From Bilabrum cf. latius (lineage: Eukaryota): a DNA stretch of 64,000 bases. A program made the position numbers and the translations under genes. Under the pieces are notes generated by a model, which saw only the letters and a list, made by a program, of their open reading frames with translations, had not been told where the DNA came from and did no database searches. Of the stretch, positions 22,732-32,047 are shown in pieces (the first letter of the stretch is position 1; each line of letters starts with the position of its first letter). The DNA lies in NCBI GenBank assembly GCA_965178125.1, contig CBCXTV010000001.1, positions 124,001 through 188,000 of the forward strand, written 5' to 3'.

Positions 22732-23202
22732 ATGGCGAGCGACGCAGAACCGGAGGACGCAATGCGGCTCGACTCCCCTAGAGATGCGGATGCAGCGGCG
22801 CCACCCGAAGCGACGGAGGCAGGATCACAGAAACCAGATCATGCGCAGCAGTTCTTCGAGGAGCCCTGCCCGAAAGACGGACACATGGAAGCGCTAGAGA
22901 AGACCGCCAAGACGGACGAACCTGGCGACACACCCTTGTTCGTCGACAAGTGGACGGCAGCGATCACACGCCTTACCGAGGAGCGCAAGGCTCTCAAGCT
23001 CGAGCAGCGGGCTAAAACGAAGGCCATCCGCAAAACCATCCGGCAGAAAAGGCGCACCATGAAGAACGCCAAAAAACTCACAGACGACGAGCTCGCCCAA
23101 ATCGTGCTAGACAGGAAGATCTTGCAGTTGGTGCAAAAAGAAGAGATCGCAGCACGCAGCTCCGCCAACTCCTCAACGAGCCAGGCGAAGTCGACCTTGT
23201 GA
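22732..23202 (+). CDS. Small basic coiled-coil protein upstream of hairpin A
   Basis: ATG 22732 (MASDAEPED) within ORF 22375..23202; acidic N-terminus then RLTEERKALKLEQRAKTKAIRKTIRQKRR...LTDDELAQIV. Confidence 0.6.
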   Translation: MASDAEPEDAMRLDSPRDADAAAPPEATEAGSQKPDHAQQFFEEPCPKDGHMEALEKTAKTDEPGDTPLFVDKWTAAITRLTEERKALKLEQRAKTKAIRKTIRQKRRTMKNAKKLTDDELAQIVLDRKILQLVQKEEIAARSSANSSTSQAKSTL

Positions 23203-23623
23203 GAAGCGCTTCCCGTGTTCAGAGAACCGAGGATTACAGATAGACCCCGCGTCACAGAAGCCATCGCAAGAGGGCAGAGCGTCAAGTACAGCGCAGTCTT
23301 GACGGACACAGATAGCCCGAGCAGCACAAAGCAGCGGATGCGGCTGCCCAGCGGAGTCGCGCACTCGGACAGCATACACGGGACGTGCTGGCAGAAATCA
23401 CTCAGTCCGCGAGCACCGTCGTCAAGAGCACGGGAGGGGCAGACTCGACATGCACAACTTTGAAAAACGGGAGGGCACGAAAGGAAGACAAATTTGGCAT
23501 TAATCCTTGATTACCCCCGCCCCCCCGTAGAATCAGAGCGAGGAGATATGCTCGGAAGGTCCGGGGGGCAGTCGCAGAAAAGTGCACGCGAAAATAAGAG
23601 GAAAGGAGACCCCCCAAACCCAC

Positions 23624-23687
23624 GTAGTGCGACCCTCGGGGGTACCCTCTAAGGTACTAAGAATCCTTCCCCCGAAAATCGCACTAC
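23624..23687. promoter_or_regulatory. Stem-loop A, candidate rolling-circle origin
   Basis: GTAGTGCGA (23624-32) pairs with TCGCACTAC (23679-87); inner CGGGGG/CCCCCG and GTACC/GGTAC; ~690 bp upstream of rep. Confidence 0.6.
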
Positions 23688-23723
23688 ATCGGTCCCTGGC
23701 GTCGGGGAAAGCGGAAAAAAGGG

Positions 23724-23868
23724 GAGCACTACCGTGAAAAAATCCTGCATTTTACAGGAAAATCGGAGCACTACGTGTCAAAAACTGGGGGTTTTTGAGG
23801 TTTTTTTTCCAGAAAAACGGCATTTTTTTATGTAAAAACCGCGCGAAACGAGCACTACCGAGCACTAC
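23724..23868 (+). repeat. Iteron-like GAGCACTAC direct repeats (4x)
   Basis: Copies at 23724, 23766, 23850 and 23860; share GCACTAC with the hairpin arm; spaced by A/T tracts. Also at 50919..51063. Confidence 0.75.
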
Positions 23869-24376
23869 ATCGCCTCCTCCAGTCGTGTTTCGCATTTTTT
23901 TCGCTGGCCGAAAATGTCTCCGAAGGCGCTGCCTCGAGGGGGGGTTCCGATGGCTGATTTTGGGCGTTCTGTTGTCGATTTCGCGTGCATTTCAGGTTGT
24001 CGGCGAGGCCTTTTTGGCGTATGTCGCAGTTCGGATGCCCTCGAACGTCGTGTCTCATGTGGTATTCGCCGGTTTCTATGTTGGAGAAGGCGGTCGGTCG
24101 ATCATCCTCTCTGGCAGGCTCCGAAGTGCGTTTGTGATCGTGCTAATTGCAACGCCATGCTTTCCTTCGTTGGCTTCGAGAATCCTTCCCTCGGAAGCGG
24201 TAGTACCTCGCCCAGGGCGGCACGAGCTGCAGACTCAGCTGCCTCGGTGCTCATGTGTGTCCCGTGTCAGCAGTTTCGGTGTTACGAACAGCAAGGATTC
24301 TGGGCATTGCGTGTCGGAGGCAAGTGTTCTATCTTGAGGCATTCCGCGATTCGTCGAAGGATTATTTGCGCAAATA

Positions 24377-26662
24377 ATGTCGGCTCCGTTCAAGGGCGAA
24401 ACGATGAGTTTGTCTGTTGCCGAGTCGCTGAAGTCCCGAGTCGCATCCTGCTCCTGGGATCCCGCGTGGGTTTCCGCGAGCTGCGTGCCGTGCGATGGCC
24501 TCCCCACAAGCCAGGAGTCAGAAGCGTCCACGACGGCGACCTCTGCTTTGTTAGGGGTGTCCGAGGCGTCCCCAACGTGCTCGTGTGGCCTCGGTGTCTC
24601 CAATTCGGTGGCTGCAGCGCGCGCGGCCGCTGTCCCGAGTTTTGGCTTTGACGATGCGGAGAACGACTTCGACGCCAGTCTCGACATGATTGAGGCCTCA
24701 TGCGAGGTCGCATGCGAGGCAGAATGCGAGGGCGATCCGGGAGCCTGCTTGTTGTCCCACGGCAAGTCGAGCGGTCAGTGGCAGATCGGCGTAGTGGGTG
24801 AACGAGTCCTTTATGAGGGCCTCAGCGTTGAGGGCGACATTCCTGGCCGCGTTGCTGCCTCCGAAGCGCTCGCCGCGGGTGTCATCAATTTGGAACCCCC
24901 GTCAGAGGAAGTACTTTTGCCGGTGCAGCTTCTGCGGAGTAGTCAAGGTTACCGTGGGGTTCTGCCCATCGAGGATTCTGCGCCCGATGCGAGGGGGCGA
25001 CCGCAGATGCTCATGCTCCCCGATTTCGTGCCCCGCGTGAAGAGGCGGCGTCTTCGGCAGAAGTGCGACCCTGCTGAGGGCGATGCAGCACCGAGTCTTG
25101 CGGCTCATCTCGGACCTCCGCCCGCGGCTCGTGCCGCGGCCGGAGCGTCTGGGCCGCAGCGCTCGACTGGAAGGCCTTCGACTCGTCCTATTGATAGTGT
25201 CATCTATCGTCTCCTGCGGGTTTTCCCTGACGATTTCAAGTTGGCGTTTCCGGCGTCGGTGTCACACCAGCGGAAGCGGTGCCTCATCAGGGAGGCGCTT
25301 CGCAATGTACCCGGTGACCGCATGTGCATCTTGAAAGACTGGGCTGCGGGGGCGGAGGACACTCCTTGCCAGCTTCGTTTCGAGGAGCTCTTCCCGGAGC
25401 TTGCGCGGCAGCGGGACGAAGTTGTGAGGAATCCGGGATCGCACTCAGTGCCCGTGGGCGAGATTGTGCCTGCGTCCGACAAGAACACGAGGCGGGGAAG
25501 GGCCGTGATGCTTACCTTTCACGGTCGCTGGGGTGTCGAAAAGGAGCCTGTGCGCGACATCATGTCGGCATCCGTGGCAAGGGGCGTCCTGAGGCGATTG
25601 GTTCTCGCGTCTCCGTTCTATGTGGAGCTTTGGGCCACCTTCAAGGCATGGGCGCAGGACATCGCGCGGCGGATGATGTGGCCTCAGCTGTCCATGAAAA
25701 TGGAGCTCTCCCTGCACCGCAAGCACGCCGCAAACTTGGTGCACTTCCACGTATGCATGACGGATTCCGAGAAGTCGCATCGTTGTCGCGTGGCGGAGGA
25801 TTTCATGTGGGCCGGCAGCAGGCCGAATGTCGTCTACGGCTCCGGGCGGTCAGCGAAGGCGCAGGAACGTGGCGCGTCGGAGTTACACTATTATTGTCAA
25901 GCTCCCAAAGTCGGTGCGCTGCTTTGCGCCACGAACTACCGAGCCGGACGCGATTTCGTCGTCAATGGTAAGTTCGTGCACGCGTTGTTCGCACGCTTCA
26001 AAATGGATCCGGACGTCGCGAGAAGGGAACTCGTGGCGTATCGGTGTCGGGACGCCGAGAACTTAGTGCGCGCCATCGACTTCCACATACAGAATACCGC
26101 GGAGAGGAGAGAGGTGTGCGCGCAGGCCGCGGTGCACGTAGTGACGAAGCTCCGCCCCTTTAAGGTGGTGCCCGAAGTCGAGAAGTGGCGCGAGAGCTAT
26201 CGTCAGGAGTGGTTCGCGCACATGCGCTTCAAGTTCCTTGTCTTGGTGGGGGACTCCCGGTTCGGGAAGACAGTGTACGCGCGGAATCTCTTCGGGAGCG
26301 AAAGGACTCTTGTTGTGAACTGTCAGGGCAGTGTGGAACCTCCGCTCCGTGGCTTCGATCGAAGTCGGCATGTGGCCATTGTGTTCGACGAGGCAAATGC
26401 CCTGTGGGTCGTCAACAACAAACAGGTCTTTCAGGCTGGCCTTGACCCCTCCCTGCTCGGCCAGAGCAAGACGAACAGCCTCGCATACTCTGTGTGGCTC
26501 CACGGTATCGCCCTGATCATCTGCACGAATTCGTGGGGCTCTGACGTGACGGAGTCGGCGGACCGCGATTGGCTTGACAACAACTGCACGAAAGTGGAGG
26601 TGAAAGATCGGCTCTACTTCGACGAGGACTTGTTGTCTCTCACGGATGTGCAGAAGAGCTGA
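24377..26662 (+). CDS. rep: Rolling-circle replication initiator (HUH endonuclease + SF3 helicase), geminivirus/genomovirus-like, with a long N-terminal extension
   Basis: Motifs in canonical order: motif I (VMLTF), motif II (VHFHVC), motif III (HYYCQAPK), Walker A (GDSRFGKT), Walker B (IVFDE), motif C (IICTN), and C-terminal DWLDNNC resembling gemini/genomovirus Reps. Confidence 0.92.
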   Translation: MSAPFKGETMSLSVAESLKSRVASCSWDPAWVSASCVPCDGLPTSQESEASTTATSALLGVSEASPTCSCGLGVSNSVAAARAAAVPSFGFDDAENDFDASLDMIEASCEVACEAECEGDPGACLLSHGKSSGQWQIGVVGERVLYEGLSVEGDIPGRVAASEALAAGVINLEPPSEEVLLPVQLLRSSQGYRGVLPIEDSAPDARGRPQMLMLPDFVPRVKRRRLRQKCDPAEGDAAPSLAAHLGPPPAARAAAGASGPQRSTGRPSTRPIDSVIYRLLRVFPDDFKLAFPASVSHQRKRCLIREALRNVPGDRMCILKDWAAGAEDTPCQLRFEELFPELARQRDEVVRNPGSHSVPVGEIVPASDKNTRRGRAVMLTFHGRWGVEKEPVRDIMSASVARGVLRRLVLASPFYVELWATFKAWAQDIARRMMWPQLSMKMELSLHRKHAANLVHFHVCMTDSEKSHRCRVAEDFMWAGSRPNVVYGSGRSAKAQERGASELHYYCQAPKVGALLCATNYRAGRDFVVNGKFVHALFARFKMDPDVARRELVAYRCRDAENLVRAIDFHIQNTAERREVCAQAAVHVVTKLRPFKVVPEVEKWRESYRQEWFAHMRFKFLVLVGDSRFGKTVYARNLFGSERTLVVNCQGSVEPPLRGFDRSRHVAIVFDEANALWVVNNKQVFQAGLDPSLLGQSKTNSLAYSVWLHGIALIICTNSWGSDVTESADRDWLDNNCTKVEVKDRLYFDEDLLSLTDVQKS

Positions 26663-26907
26663 CGCCGGCCGCTGAGGTTTTCAGTCCGGTTCACACGAGC
26701 GCCGGAGCCGCAGCGGCAGCCGCTTCGGTGCTCCTGAAGGTCTAATGTCCTCAATGCGTTTCGTGTGCAAAAAGGATGTGGTTTCTACATGGGGGCATTC
26801 CGCAAGTTTCATGTGGTCCGTCGCGTTCGTCCGGGGGAGTGCTTGCCTAGTATTGGGAGCTTGCCTGACACACACACACGTGGCACCCAGCCTGATGGGT
26901 TGCAAGT

Positions 26908-27759
26908 GTGTGTGTGTCTCCGCAGTGCCGCGGTTGGGACCCGGCGGGTCGTTTGCTTTTACGTCGCCGCGTCGCGCGCCGACGAGACATTTCTTGGTCT
27001 CAGAAGCCTCTGCTTCCGGTAGGCGCGCCGTGTACACTCGCGGGCCGAAGGTGGGTGCGTTGCTTGATGGCCTACGTCGGTATCGCCGATGCACCGTATG
27101 TGCCCGTGGTTGCCGCGTCGACCTCCGAGCACGCCCCGGAGGGCGAGGTGGAGATGATGCTTGCGCCTCTTGCCGGAGATGTCGGTTTCAAGCGGCCTCG
27201 CGTGTTTCCTCCCGGTTCGCGACTTCTTCCTAAGTCGCCGGCCCATCCGGCGGTGCTCATAACAGCGCTCGGCAGTGAGGCACCCCAGGACACACAGTGC
27301 GTCGTTTGGTCGGACTCTAAGGCTTTCGACCTCGCGGAGTTTGTATGCTCTTCCTGCGGCTGCAATCGTGTCATGGCGGACCTGAATCATCGTATGCGTG
27401 ATCGTCTCGTACGTCGCGTGCAGCGCACGCTTTATGCCGATGATTCTCCGTGCGGCAGGGGTGCGATTTCGTGTCGTGCTTGTCGCGAGAAGGCGCGCGA
27501 CGCGGCGCCGAAGACGTCGATTATGAACGCGGCGAACAAGAAGAAGATCTCGGGAACTCTTCGCATGCAGTTGGATCTCATTGTAGAGACCGGGGAGCGG
27601 AAGGGTCAGCGTTGTACTGCGGAGAAAATTCTGACATTGGGAACGATGAAGCAGCACAGGGTTTTCGAGAGGGACCTTTACGATGAGGCATGGCGCGGGC
27701 TTGTTCGTCTGTCTGGACGCGAGGCTTGGAGCGATGACGACTCGTGGTCTCCGCGTTGA
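26908..27759 (+). CDS. CxxC protein downstream of rep (likely start ATG 27067)
   Basis: VCSSCGC...ISCRAC pair; open frame of 283 codons. Confidence 0.55.
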   Translation: MCVSPQCRGWDPAGRLLLRRRVARRRDISWSQKPLLPVGAPCTLAGRRWVRCLMAYVGIADAPYVPVVAASTSEHAPEGEVEMMLAPLAGDVGFKRPRVFPPGSRLLPKSPAHPAVLITALGSEAPQDTQCVVWSDSKAFDLAEFVCSSCGCNRVMADLNHRMRDRLVRRVQRTLYADDSPCGRGAISCRACREKARDAAPKTSIMNAANKKKISGTLRMQLDLIVETGERKGQRCTAEKILTLGTMKQHRVFERDLYDEAWRGLVRLSGREAWSDDDSWSPR

Positions 27760-28593
27760 GCTTGCGTGACGGTTTTCCCTCTTAACCTGGCCTCTTGCGT
27801 GGCGCTGCTTCCGCGTGTGGCCTGAGCGTGCGACCTGAGCGTTCGGCCTGCTGTCGCGTGTGACCTGAGCGAACGGGCGCTCGACAGTATCCCGCGTTTG
27901 TTGCTTCTGGGGTTCAAGAAACTTGTACTTTTTGGGCTGTACGGTGGTCAGTGGTGCACGGTTCGTTCGCAGCCTCCGCGTTGTTGGAAAGCTATGGTGG
28001 AGCATGGTTCTTTTCGCAGCCTCCGCGTTGTGATCAAGCTACGGTGGAGCATGGTTCGTGAGCATGGTTCTTTTCGCAGCCTCCGCGTTGTTGACACGTG
28101 AAAGCTACGCGAACGTGACCACACAATAGGCCATACCCCAGGTGAAATCCGGACTCGGACATCCAGACGAAACGGCATCATGCACACTGTTGAACACACA
28201 AATGACACTGAGCTCCACCGTAACGTAACTTTCCATCACCACCTGGTTTATTTTCTCCGCGATGGCAGCTTGGCGGTGACGCTGTGTCTTCGGGCATGAA
28301 GGGGCAAATCTTTGATTTTTTGGGCCCTGTTTCGGTCACCGAAAAGTCGTGTGATTTCTGGCGCGCAGGAGGAGTGACGCAAGGTATTTCTGAACCGTTT
28401 TCCGGACGCTTTCCGGGCCTCCCATGTGACCGCTTTTTGCGTACCGAAACACGTTCCGCGCGTGAGGAGCAGATGCGGATCTCCGCGGGGTCCTAGTTGT
28501 GTCCTTTTTCGGGGGACGAAATCGGGCGCACTTGTCGTGCCGATTCGTGGTCGTCTCTGAGACCGGCTGCGAGTCGGGAAAGGTGCCCGGGAG

Positions 28594-29886
28594 ATGCTCG
28601 TGTCCTTGGCTTCGTATTTCTCCGCGTATTCTTCAAACGCGGGCGCACGTCTCCTACCGATTCGTGGTCGGTTTCCGAGGCCGATCGCGAGTCGGGAAAT
28701 GCGCCCGCGATGCGCTCTCGATCTCGGAAAGGGCGGGAGTCCGTTCTTGCATTCGGAATGGGCGGGGAGTTGCTTTTCCTGGGAGCATGTGCGAGATTCC
28801 TTCTCCGCGGGTCCTCTTTCGGCTTCGGCAGTCAGCAGCGCACTCTGCGGGAACGGCATTCTCCGAGTCTCTTTGCCGATGATGTCTGAGGAGAAACCGT
28901 CCGAGAGCATTGCTGTTTCCTTGGGAGACGGCCGCAATCTTCGTGCGCGTCGAGGCGCCGGTGATATGGGAAACGAGGGCGGCATGTTGGCGCGCGAGGT
29001 CGACGCGCCGGCGGAGCACGCCGGCGCGGCGGCAAGCGTCGATGATTCGGGCGGCCCCCACATCGAGAGCGGCGGCGCGGAGGCGGCGTCCACGGGGATG
29101 CTCGGAGAGGAGAGCGGCAAGGCAGCGCCGAAGGAGGACGCCGAAGACGACGGCGGCAAGAAGACGGAGGAGGAGGATGCTCGCGGCGGTGGACGTGCTG
29201 TGGTGCCCGGAGGTAATGACGACGTATGGACCAACGCAGCAGCTTGGAAGGCGGGTGGCGGCGTGGCAGCCGGGGCGGTCTCTGGCGCTGATAGCTGGGA
29301 TCTATGGGGGACCCCTGCGAAGTCGTCATGGGGGGAGACGTACGTGCTGCGGCAGGTCGCGTCGGAGCCGGCGGAGGAGGCGACATGGACTTGCAACGCG
29401 TGCCAGTGCTGCAAGCCCCGGTCGGCGTACTTTAAGAAGTGGAAGGACTGGATCCAACCAGTTTGCCGGGTGTGTTGCGACAAGTTCGACAACGCGACGC
29501 CGTGGTGGGTGTGGTGCAAGAGCTGCAAAAACGAGTATCCGGCGTACCGATTTCCCCAGATCCGCCGGAAGAAGGAGAACTTGCGCTATTTCTTCCCTGA
29601 GGACTGGTGCGCGAAGTGCCTGGTTGCGCGTGGCTGGAGTCTCCATGATGTCCGTTCCTCTGCGGGTGAAGCGAAGCGTTGGGTGCCAAAAGCTGGCGCG
29701 AATACCGGTGACGGCGACAACGACGCTCGTGCTCCCGCACGCGACGAGCTTCCTGCAGGAGGCGCCGCCTCCTGCAGCAACGCCGTGCGTCAGAGTTCTT
29801 CGCGTGACGAGGCCTTGGATGACATCAAGCGGGCCATGGAGCTTCTCCAGAATGCGGAAAGGTTCCTCCTCACGATGCCAGCGTGA
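28594..29886 (+). CDS. CxxC zinc-finger protein, copy 2
   Basis: Same ORF with DSGG and WDLW variants. Confidence 0.7.
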   Translation: MLVSLASYFSAYSSNAGARLLPIRGRFPRPIASREMRPRCALDLGKGGSPFLHSEWAGSCFSWEHVRDSFSAGPLSASAVSSALCGNGILRVSLPMMSEEKPSESIAVSLGDGRNLRARRGAGDMGNEGGMLAREVDAPAEHAGAAASVDDSGGPHIESGGAEAASTGMLGEESGKAAPKEDAEDDGGKKTEEEDARGGGRAVVPGGNDDVWTNAAAWKAGGGVAAGAVSGADSWDLWGTPAKSSWGETYVLRQVASEPAEEATWTCNACQCCKPRSAYFKKWKDWIQPVCRVCCDKFDNATPWWVWCKSCKNEYPAYRFPQIRRKKENLRYFFPEDWCAKCLVARGWSLHDVRSSAGEAKRWVPKAGANTGDGDNDARAPARDELPAGGAASCSNAVRQSSSRDEALDDIKRAMELLQNAERFLLTMPA

Positions 29887-30963
29887 CGCGGGAGCTTCCC
29901 GAATGGGTCCGTCGTACTGTGAGGGCGCTCCGGAAGGAAGAGCGCGAGTGAGTCATCCTTGCGCCGAGGTGAGCGCGACGTCGGAGGAGCACGGTCGTTT
30001 GATTGGGAACGATATGGTCGGCAGAGTGTGAAAATCCGAGTTTCTCGTGCAGGATTGGGCAGCTCTCTAGATATCTTGCCTGGGAAGGGTGTGATGTGGT
30101 GGGAGCGCTTCCGCCTCACGTGGCAGACGTCCACACTTCCTGGTTCCCCGGCAGGCTGTTTGGCGAGACGGAGTGGCAAAGCATCCGCCTGCTGATTCCT
30201 ACTTTGTTACCTCGATTGTGAGCTCGGAGCTTGGGGCGGAGGATTCTGCGGGCAGCTCATGTGTGCCTAGAGTGTCATCCCGCGACCCTCTGACTTCTGT
30301 TCGTGGCTTTACCTCTTCGCGCAGGAAGATTCCTCATGAGGCAAGCCCGGTCCGAACTCGCGTGGGATGCCGTGCGCTGGTGCGGCTTCCACTCATCCCC
30401 GGGGTGGGGAGCGCTGGGTAAAGGATCGTCTGTCCCTGCAAGTTTCGATTCGGCGAGGTGCGGCAGCATGACGCGGACCGAGGTGAAGTCCTTTGTCCGC
30501 GATAGGTCGCCGCGTCGCGCGGTGGCGACCCCACAGCGCCCCAATCCCATTCCGGAGAGGGGGTGTGATGCAGTGGGAGCCCTTCCGCCTCACGTGACAG
30601 ACGTTCACACTTCCTGGTTCCCATAAGGTCTTCAGCACAGCGCATGCGAGGCAGGCTGTTCGGCGAGACGTAGTGGCATCGCCCCCGCCTGCTCATTCCT
30701 ACTTTGTTACCTCGATTGTCAGCTTGGGGCTCGGGGCGGCGGATTCAGCGGGCAGCTCATGTATGCTGGAGTGTCATCCCGCGACCTCTGACTTCTGTCC
30801 GTGGCTTTACCTCTTCGCGCAGGAAGATTCCTCATGAGGCAAGCCCGGTGCGAACTCCTGTGGGATGCCGTGCGCTGGTTCGGATTCCACTCATGCCCGA
30901 TGTGGGGAGCGCTAGGGTAAAGGATCGTCTGTCCCTGCAAGTTTCGATTCGGCTCGAGTCAAT

Positions 30964-31509
30964 GTGAGGAAGGAGAGGTGCGGCAGCATGACGCGGAACG
31001 AGGTGACGTCCTTTGTCCGCGATAGGTCGCCGCGTCGCGCGGTGGCGACCCCGCAGCGCCCAAACCCCGCCCCGCCTAGTCCTCACTCGACAGCGGTGTC
31101 GAACCTGCAGCAGCGCTTCGAGAACATGCAGCAGCGTGCGGAAAGCTTGAGCGCTCAGCTGGAGTACGCCCAAAGTGTGATCAGGCTGCTCTCAGGCCTG
31201 TTGCGCGATGAGGCTCCTCGGTTCTATGCAGACTTTGATCCCGTGATTCGGCGTGCGATGTCTGGCGCAAGCGGCTCCGTTGCGGGTAGGTCTTTCCGTC
31301 TTGTGGACGGAGGCGTCATCCACGGACCTGACACAGCAGTCGCTGCTCCTCCGCGTCGTCTCATCGTTGAGGTGCGTACGGACTGGGAGATGACCGAGAC
31401 TGCCTCAACTGTGCTGGATTCCTCAGGATCAGACGACATGGGTTCCGAGGACTCGCCGCCGCCGACCGTCGTCCTCCCCAGCGGCGCGGCGGGCGCCGGC
31501 GGTGCCTAG
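30964..31509 (+). CDS. Hypothetical coiled-coil protein, copy 2
   Basis: Same translation. Confidence 0.45.
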   Translation: MRKERCGSMTRNEVTSFVRDRSPRRAVATPQRPNPAPPSPHSTAVSNLQQRFENMQQRAESLSAQLEYAQSVIRLLSGLLRDEAPRFYADFDPVIRRAMSGASGSVAGRSFRLVDGGVIHGPDTAVAAPPRRLIVEVRTDWEMTETASTVLDSSGSDDMGSEDSPPPTVVLPSGAAGAGGA

Positions 31510-32047
31510 TCCTCGGCAGCTCCTGCATCGGAGCCTCCTGTCGAGATTCGATCGCGCAACGTCGTTCCTTACATTGCTTGCCGTCGCATGTGCCGGGCGG
31601 TGGTGGGTGTGCGTGTTCGCCGAAAGTTCCCGGCCTCGTCTTCCTCAGGAGAGCTCCTCGACCCGAAATTGGCAGCTCAGCGCTGCCGTGGCCGATACAG
31701 TACCCGTGCATGGCCAGTTGGCAGCTACGCGCTGCCGTTGCCAATGTCGTCCGCACGAGAGCAGAGTGGCAGCTCAGCGCAGGCGAGAAACCGCGCTCGC
31801 AATGCTGCGAGGTGTATTCAATGCTGTGCACGTGTCTATCCCTCTCCCTGGTTTTGTCTCGCTTGCGCCAGTGTGACCGCAGCAGAGCGGGTGCTTCCCG
31901 TGCGTCTTCAGCTTTGAGCACTCCTCCAGCGACAGGAAGGCATTCGCTTGCTCTCGCTCCCCGCCTGCGTCCTATCCCTCCCGGGTATCTTCAGAGGCCA
32001 CAGGCAGTGCGAAGCTTGGCAGCGGGTCCGTCCGCGTCGTTTCGGCT

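Larger units (their letters stand above)
1..27195 (+). repeat. Tandem unit copy 1 (27,195-bp period; phase set by the window edge)
   Basis: Sequence at 1 (cctcgcgtgtttcctcccgg) recurs at 27196 and 54391; major ORFs recur at exactly +27195 and +54390. Confidence 0.99.

Noticed and set aside
24377-26662. Helitron RepHel or complete CRESS virus genome
   Set aside because: The helicase has SF3 motifs rather than SF1/PIF1, and no capsid-like ORF or canonical nonamer hairpin was recognised.
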